Shown here one piece after another: positions 6,093-10,909 of a DNA stretch of 10,909 nucleotides (position 1 is the stretch's first letter; each line of letters opens with the position of its first letter). The position numbers and the translations under genes are program-made. This DNA comes from Candidatus Aenigmatarchaeota archaeon (GTDB lineage Archaea > EX4484-52). The notes beneath the pieces were generated by a model. The model was not told where the DNA came from, did no database searches, and worked only from the letters and a program-made list of their open reading frames with translations. The DNA lies in assembly GCA_023137195.1 (NCBI GenBank), contig JAGLPV010000030.1, positions 1-10,909 of the forward strand. Reading direction: 5' to 3'.

Positions 6093-7448
6093 CATCTCAA
6101 AATACTTTCTCAGCGTAGGATTCATATCCTTCATGTATTGTGTTGCTATCTGCTCATACAACTGGTATATAATCATGACTACTAATAATATCCCCGTACC
6201 ACTCGCAAGAGAGCCGGTAAAGTCAGCAAACGATGCAAGGAATCCTACAAAGGCTCCACCCATCAAGGCAAGCGGCATGATGTATCTTCCAAGCACTTTT
6301 TCTATGACTCTGGGGTCTCTCCTGAATCCTGGAATCTGCATACCTGTGTTTTGTATCTGCTTCGCAACAGATCCCGCATCCATTCCACTGGTCATCACCC
6401 AGAATATCGCAAATACAGCACTGCCGATAATCATGAACAAAGAATATGTTATGACTCTCAGGACATCTATCCCAAGAATATTAAATTGAAGGACATTCTG
6501 TAAAAAATTAGTTGGCGGACTCAACAATAAAAGGGGTCCTCCAACAATAGCTCCATCGCTATATTCTCCCAGAATATTTATGCCTTTAGAGCTTAACATC
6601 TGTCCGGCAACGCTTATATTAATCAAAAGAACAGCAACCAAAATTACAGGGATAACTGATGCATATATGAATTTTAATGGCCATTTTCTTCCGAATCCCT
6701 TTATTGAACCAAATGCAAGGGGTATTTCTATTTTCAATGTCTGGGCATATATTACGATTAAAAAAACAAGAGCTGTTGTCAAAAGAGGCGTCAGCAAGGG
6801 CATAATCGTCTCGTAAGAGAAAGCTCCGCCAACAACAGTTTCAATCAATGCAGGAATTTTTCCTATCAGGTAACCTGCCTCAGACCTTGCGAAACTGAAC
6901 GCTTCTGTAAAAATCTGCGTACTGACATTTGCCGCGATAAATAATGATATCCCTGAACCAATACCCCATTTAGTAATCACTTCATCAAAAAATACAATGA
7001 TTAGTCCGCCAAGGAATAATTGAAAGCATACAGTTGATGCCATCCCGGCTTTTGGGACAATAGCACCAAAATATGCAAAAGCAAAGGATTCTATTGCACA
7101 GAACCCGAATGCCATTAGTTTTTGTATCTGTCCAAATCTTGCTTTTCCTGCCTGTGTGGACAGGTCAAATTCCACTATCTTTGAACCGACTAATAATTGA
7201 AGTATAATAGAAGATGTAACAATGGGACCAATACCTAGTGTCAAAATAGAACCGAAACTTGCTCCCATCAGCATAGATACTCGTTTTAACAACTCTGCTG
7301 CACTCTCTGATCCATAAAGAGGAACGTTTGACAGAATGTAAAATAGAACTAATATAATTGCTGTCCATTTCAGCCGTGTATTGAAATTTACTTCTTTTTT
7401 CGGGGCTTCCACAGAAGGTAGTTTGTTTAATATTGCATCCCAGTTCAT
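6090..7448 (-). CDS. secY: Preprotein translocase subunit SecY (archaeal Sec61alpha type)
   Basis: 452 aa, polytopic. Motifs LPSVEAP, RLKWT, GSILTLGIGPIVTSSIILQLLVG, DEVITKWGIGSGISLFIAA, PLKFIYASVIPVIL, GMQIPGFRRDPR and GTGILLVV are characteristic of archaeal SecY. Confidence 0.97.
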   Translation of the reverse strand: MNWDAILNKLPSVEAPKKEVNFNTRLKWTAIILVLFYILSNVPLYGSESAAELLKRVSMLMGASFGSILTLGIGPIVTSSIILQLLVGSKIVEFDLSTQAGKARFGQIQKLMAFGFCAIESFAFAYFGAIVPKAGMASTVCFQLFLGGLIIVFFDEVITKWGIGSGISLFIAANVSTQIFTEAFSFARSEAGYLIGKIPALIETVVGGAFSYETIMPLLTPLLTTALVFLIVIYAQTLKIEIPLAFGSIKGFGRKWPLKFIYASVIPVILVAVLLINISVAGQMLSSKGINILGEYSDGAIVGGPLLLLSPPTNFLQNVLQFNILGIDVLRVITYSLFMIIGSAVFAIFWVMTSGMDAGSVAKQIQNTGMQIPGFRRDPRVIEKVLGRYIMPLALMGGAFVGFLASFADFTGSLASGTGILLVVMIIYQLYEQIATQYMKDMNPTLRKYFEM

Positions 7449-7467
7449 ATTATCTAAAATTAATCAT

Positions 7468-7731
7468 CTAAACTAATGTTGCGCTGTCACATTCAACGCT
7501 TTCAATCTGCTCTATTTTTTCAAGTTCTTCCTGCAGTTTGTCTGTAATACCCGCTGTATCTTCTGTAACATACAGTGCTCTTAGCATCTTTATTCCAAAT
7601 GCAACAGATTCTATTTTAAAATTCTCAACTGACCCGGCGTGTTTTTTTTCTATGTCTTTCTTGAGTTTATCAAAATCACATTCTACTGACGTTGGCATTA
7701 TCTTAAAAGAAATTAATACTTTTCTTGACAT
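7468..7731 (-). CDS. ef1b: Archaeal translation elongation factor 1-beta
   Basis: 87 aa with the aEF-1beta pattern: V-x-x-x-x-KIMP-x-S-x-E, E-x-VAFGIK-x-L, TD-x-L-x-E-x-L-x-x-I-x-x-I-E-S-V-E. Confidence 0.9.
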   Translation of the reverse strand: MSRKVLISFKIMPTSVECDFDKLKKDIEKKHAGSVENFKIESVAFGIKMLRALYVTEDTAGITDKLQEELEKIEQIESVECDSATLV

Positions 7732-7766
7732 AATATTTACCTTGTATTTTATATTAAATATAATAT

Positions 7767-7778
7767 CTTTAAAAGTAT
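7767..7778 (-). promoter_or_regulatory. Putative BRE/TATA (ATACTTTTAAAG) for the ef1b-secY transcript
   Basis: Shares an 11-mer with the uvrB upstream element. An SD-like AAGGT lies a few nt before ATG 7731. Confidence 0.45.
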
Positions 7779-8464
7779 TATGACGATTTTGCCTTGGTTT
7801 TATCTATCAAACTGCATGCAAGATAAATAAACGGCGTATCGATAACTGCGATAATCATTTTTACTACCCATTGCCCGAAAATCAACGGAGCAATTGGCAT
7901 TACTCCCCAGAAAGCAATAGTGACGAATATTGCCGAATCAATGAACTGTGATACAACAGTTGATGCATTGTTCCTTAGCCATAGATATTTTCCTCCTGTT
8001 TGTTTTTTCCAGAATTCAAATGCTATGACATCGTGGTGTTGTGATATTAGGTAAGCAATCATCGAGGCAAAAACAATCCTTGGCGCAGAAGAAAATATCA
8101 TATTAAATGCAGATAAAAATTCTTCGCTCATAAAGATAGCAGGTGTCCACAGGACGGATATCTTAATGATGATTACCATTGCAACGCTTGCAAGAAATCC
8201 ACACCATACTGCTTTTTTGGCGTATTTTTTACCCCATTTTTCAGACAGGATATCTGTCAGCAAAAAGGTTGCAGAATAGGCAATAATTGCTGCAGGAACA
8301 ACGAAATTTCCAAATGTTACTACTTTTGATGCAACCATATTTGCTACCAATACAAGACCTGCAAATACTGCAATTATGTATTCAACGCCGTGTCTTTTAC
8401 CTATGACAGCAACGAGGGTTGCAAATGATAGGACAATCAGGATATATAGGATTTCTGTTAACAT
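7778..8464 (-). CDS. yhhQ: Queuosine/archaeosine precursor (preQ0/preQ1) transporter, YhhQ/DUF165 (VUT) family
   Basis: 228 aa, polytopic. Motifs ANMVASK, FLLTDILSEKWGKKYAKKAVWCGF, PRIVFASMIAYLISQHHDV, LWLRNNASTVVSQFIDS and K-x-x-IAVIDTPFIY. Confidence 0.93.
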   Translation of the reverse strand: MLTEILYILIVLSFATLVAVIGKRHGVEYIIAVFAGLVLVANMVASKVVTFGNFVVPAAIIAYSATFLLTDILSEKWGKKYAKKAVWCGFLASVAMVIIIKISVLWTPAIFMSEEFLSAFNMIFSSAPRIVFASMIAYLISQHHDVIAFEFWKKQTGGKYLWLRNNASTVVSQFIDSAIFVTIAFWGVMPIAPLIFGQWVVKMIIAVIDTPFIYLACSLIDKTKAKSS

Positions 8465-8534
8465 ATTATTCTTCTATAAACTATAGTGAACTTCTTAAAC
8501 TTTCTATTCCTAACCCTTTTTTGTGCATTCTGTA

Positions 8535-8551
8535 GGTATTTACTAAATACC
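8535..8551. promoter_or_regulatory. Perfect 8-1-8 palindrome GGTATTTA-C-TAAATACC, candidate transcription-factor site between divergent promoters
   Basis: Lies between the yhhQ promoter-like AAAGTTTAAG (8494-8503, minus strand) and the ROK promoter-like GAAAACTTATATA (8570-8582, plus strand). Confidence 0.5.
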
Positions 8552-8614
8552 AGAACTATTTTTCTGTGAGAAAACTTATATACTTCATTAATCAATAATA
8601 AGCAGGGATTAAAA

Positions 8615-9628
8615 ATGGATGCTATTTATGGTGTAGATTTCGGCGGGACGAATTTAAGGATTGCCGAAGTGAACCCAATAACAGGAGCATTAATCAAAAG
8701 CGTGTTTTCTGTTCCTGTAACTTCTGTTAAGACCAATGATGAATTGACTCATCTTGTGCTATCCCAGCTTAAGGGAGCGAAACATATTGGGATTAGTGCT
8801 TCTGGAAATATTGATGAGAAAAATTTGATAATTAGAAACTCACCAAATTCTCATATAAAAGGAAACATAACATTTGGGAAAACACTTAGGCAAAAAGGGT
8901 TTGATGTGGTTATGTGCAATGACATAAAGGCGGCAGTGCAGGGAGTTGCAAGATTTGGCGAGGGAAAAAATTATAATAATGTGCTGGTTGCGACCTATTC
9001 TTCAGGCTATAATTGTGCGGTTTGCAGGGATAAAAAAAACACGACAACAGCAGAATTCGGACACACAATCTACAAACCAAACAGTGATCTATTCTGCGGG
9101 TGCGGTGGAATTGGGCACCTGGAAATATTTGTTAGCGGCAATGGGGCGGCATCTATGGCGAAGCAGTATTTTTTGATTACGAAACAGAGGAACCACTCTA
9201 TGATAAAATTCTCCCTGAGAGACTACAATGAAAAAAACAGCACGAAATATACTCAGGATGCCCTGAAAAATCCAGACTTATTTGCCGTGGTTGTTTCTAA
9301 TATTACTTCAAGGCATGTATACGGGGCATATGCATCTGATCCAAAGCAGGAGCCACAGCGCAATATCCGGGAAGTCCAGGTGCGTGCTATAGCAGATTCT
9401 TTTGGCAAAATGAATTCTGCCTTTAATCCTTTGGATATAATGGTGTTGATGGGCGGACAGACAAAAGACAAAAAAATATTGTTTGATCCGGCGATAAGAT
9501 TGTATAATGATTCTGTTGGAGCATACCAGCTTCATACCTTAAACAAGCCGAAAATTGTTATCACTAAGCTCGAAGAAGTCAGTCTTGTTGGAGCAGTTGG
9601 TTATTTTTTGAACCAGAGAGAAGCATAA
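8615..9628 (+). CDS. ROK family sugar kinase (no HTH domain)
   Basis: N-terminal ATP-binding GVDFGGTN, IGISASG, NDIKAA, EFGH followed by CGCGGIGHLE, and C-terminal VLMGG and LVGA. Confidence 0.9.
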   Translation: MDAIYGVDFGGTNLRIAEVNPITGALIKSVFSVPVTSVKTNDELTHLVLSQLKGAKHIGISASGNIDEKNLIIRNSPNSHIKGNITFGKTLRQKGFDVVMCNDIKAAVQGVARFGEGKNYNNVLVATYSSGYNCAVCRDKKNTTTAEFGHTIYKPNSDLFCGCGGIGHLEIFVSGNGAASMAKQYFLITKQRNHSMIKFSLRDYNEKNSTKYTQDALKNPDLFAVVVSNITSRHVYGAYASDPKQEPQRNIREVQVRAIADSFGKMNSAFNPLDIMVLMGGQTKDKKILFDPAIRLYNDSVGAYQLHTLNKPKIVITKLEEVSLVGAVGYFLNQREA

Positions 9629-9634
9629 TAGAGC

Positions 9635-10171
9635 ATGGAAAAAATAATATTAATTACGCTGGTCATTTTAGTTCTTTTATCCGGCAGCGGATGTCTTGAT
9701 TATATTTCTGAAGTAGAGGGAGATTCCAACGAAAATAACAGCCTCGCACCGGGTTGTGAAGAACCAAAAGGGATTTTTCCACAGACAACAGGCTGCCTGG
9801 GAAAATCAGGCATAAAAGATATTTCAGTTGAGCCAACAATAGAGTGTCTGGAATTGCGTGCTAATAATTGTAATGGAGGTGTGTTGGGAATTTCCAATAA
9901 TTGTAATTTTGATTTGCAAATTGACGATGTGATTATTTCTCCCGACACATATAAGAATATAGAGTTGACAAGAAACAAGGACGGCAAAGTTGTTGTTGTT
10001 GAACCTAAAGGAAATTTTGATTCCTATAATCCACAAAATGAAGATTTATTAGAGGCATCAGCAACTCTTGGAGACCAAATCATTACTATTTCCTATCTAA
10101 AGAAAAATGTCTGTGGAAGAGAGAAAACTCCAAATATTCCAATGAATGAAGATGAAGACATATGGCAATAA
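9635..10171 (+). CDS. Hypothetical lipoprotein, Cys-rich
   Basis: 178 aa. MEK plus hydrophobic core plus lipobox-like SGSGC; six further Cys. Starts 6 nt after the ROK stop. Confidence 0.8.
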   Translation: MEKIILITLVILVLLSGSGCLDYISEVEGDSNENNSLAPGCEEPKGIFPQTTGCLGKSGIKDISVEPTIECLELRANNCNGGVLGISNNCNFDLQIDDVIISPDTYKNIELTRNKDGKVVVVEPKGNFDSYNPQNEDLLEASATLGDQIITISYLKKNVCGREKTPNIPMNEDEDIWQ

Positions 10172-10173
10172 AT

Positions 10174-10617
10174 ATGAAAAAATACATATCAATCATGGCG
10201 ATAGTTGCTATGCTAATTGTCGTTTCGGCATGTATTGGACCGGACAACCAGGGAGAAGACGACTTAAATCGGTTTAAAGGGATATCCACTGCGGAGATTG
10301 ATTCAAATTGCGTTGAATATAGAGATGATGTTTGCGCTTTATTTGAGTGTATGGTTGAGAGATGCTGGTGTGATGATTCCAGCCCGGAATTGCCAATCTT
10401 ATATGAAAAAGAAGGAATTTCTATTGCTGATGAAGAAGAGGCAATTGCCATAGTAGGAGAATATATCCAAGACAGTGAATATAAGGATTATGATGTCATA
10501 AGGGTTATTAAGCTCAACAATGTCTTTTTTAATGTGTTTGCCCAAAATGCAGATGATGAAATAGTTTTTACCATTGCCGCGGATGGGACTATAATAAAAA
10601 CAATTTGTGGTGTTTGA
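10174..10617 (+). CDS. Hypothetical lipoprotein with a Cys cluster and a C-terminal PepSY-like domain
   Basis: ATG 10174 (MKKYISIMAIVAMLIVVSAC) gives a canonical lipoprotein signal 2 nt after the previous stop; alternative ATG at 10162. Contains C-x7-C-x4-C-x4-C-x-C, then EEEAIAIV...FNV...VFTIAADGTII resembling PepSY. Confidence 0.8.
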   Translation: MKKYISIMAIVAMLIVVSACIGPDNQGEDDLNRFKGISTAEIDSNCVEYRDDVCALFECMVERCWCDDSSPELPILYEKEGISIADEEEAIAIVGEYIQDSEYKDYDVIRVIKLNNVFFNVFAQNADDEIVFTIAADGTIIKTICGV

Positions 10618-10624
10618 ATAAGAA

Positions 10625-10909
10625 TTAAACAGAATCACAACTCTTGAGTTCCTTATGATAAATTTTTTCTGCATCCATTATTATTTTCCTATGGTCAAAT
10701 GCTATATTTTGCGGAAGATTGTCAAAGGCAAAGTATTTGACTTCTTTTGCTTCTTCTGTTTTTTTTGCGGTGCCATTTATTGTTTCGAGCAGGTATGCTA
10801 TAGTTATTGTATGCCTGCGTGGGTCTCTTTTAGGATTTGAGTATACCCCGACAAGTTTTTTTGTTTTTGTGGTCAAGTTGGTTTCTTCATGTATTTCTCT
10901 TTCGACTGC
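10625..10909 (-). CDS. Nudix hydrolase (ADP-ribose pyrophosphatase-like), 5' part outside the window
   Basis: The frame is open to the window edge: AVEREIHEETNL (end of the Nudix box), then GVYSNPKRDPRRHTITIAY and IAFDHRKII, typical of archaeal ADPRase-type Nudix proteins. Confidence 0.9.
   Translation of the reverse strand, partial: AVEREIHEETNLTTKTKKLVGVYSNPKRDPRRHTITIAYLLETINGTAKKTEEAKEVKYFAFDNLPQNIAFDHRKIIMDAEKIYHKELKSCDSV

Noticed and set aside
3444-7783. Shadow ORFs opposite or within uvrB, the Cys-rich gene, secY and ef1b (e.g. 3641-3961, 4871-5197, 5533-5874, 6085-6489, 7165-7368, 7538-7783)
   Set aside because: Largely or entirely overlap confident genes and have no recognisable motifs.
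8465-8614. preQ1 riboswitch upstream of yhhQ
   Set aside because: No matching stem/A-rich tail consensus was seen, and the TATA-like box is only about 30 nt from the ATG.
8946-10840. Alternative-frame and antisense ORFs over the ROK, lipoprotein and Nudix genes; TTG start at 10876
   Set aside because: They overlap better-supported genes. The Nudix frame continues past the window edge, so 10876 is not its start.

Overview
Compact archaeal genomic segment. The archaeal assignment rests on an archaeal-type SecY/Sec61alpha, EF-1beta and BRE/TATA-like promoters. A DPANN-like lineage is plausible but cannot be proven from this window. The left ~3.3 kb is an AT-rich, probably defence-related accessory block. 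It holds a RelE/ParE-type toxin-antitoxin pair whose toxin frame has no ATG at its natural start, and a convergent two-gene unit made of an effector-less NACHT (STAND) NTPase and a 4-TM membrane protein. Next come a stand-alone bacterial-type uvrB, a secreted Cys-rich repeat protein, and a structured repeat/hairpin element fused to the secY stop codon. On the minus strand follow secY and EF-1beta (outside the usual spc ribosomal operon) and a YhhQ/DUF165 7-deazaguanine precursor transporter. A divergent operon encodes an atypical ROK sugar kinase and two Cys-rich lipoproteins, and the window ends in the 3' part of a Nudix hydrolase. The best candidate for an undescribed system is the NACHT + 4-TM pair. 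All assignments come from motif recognition by eye; no searches were run.
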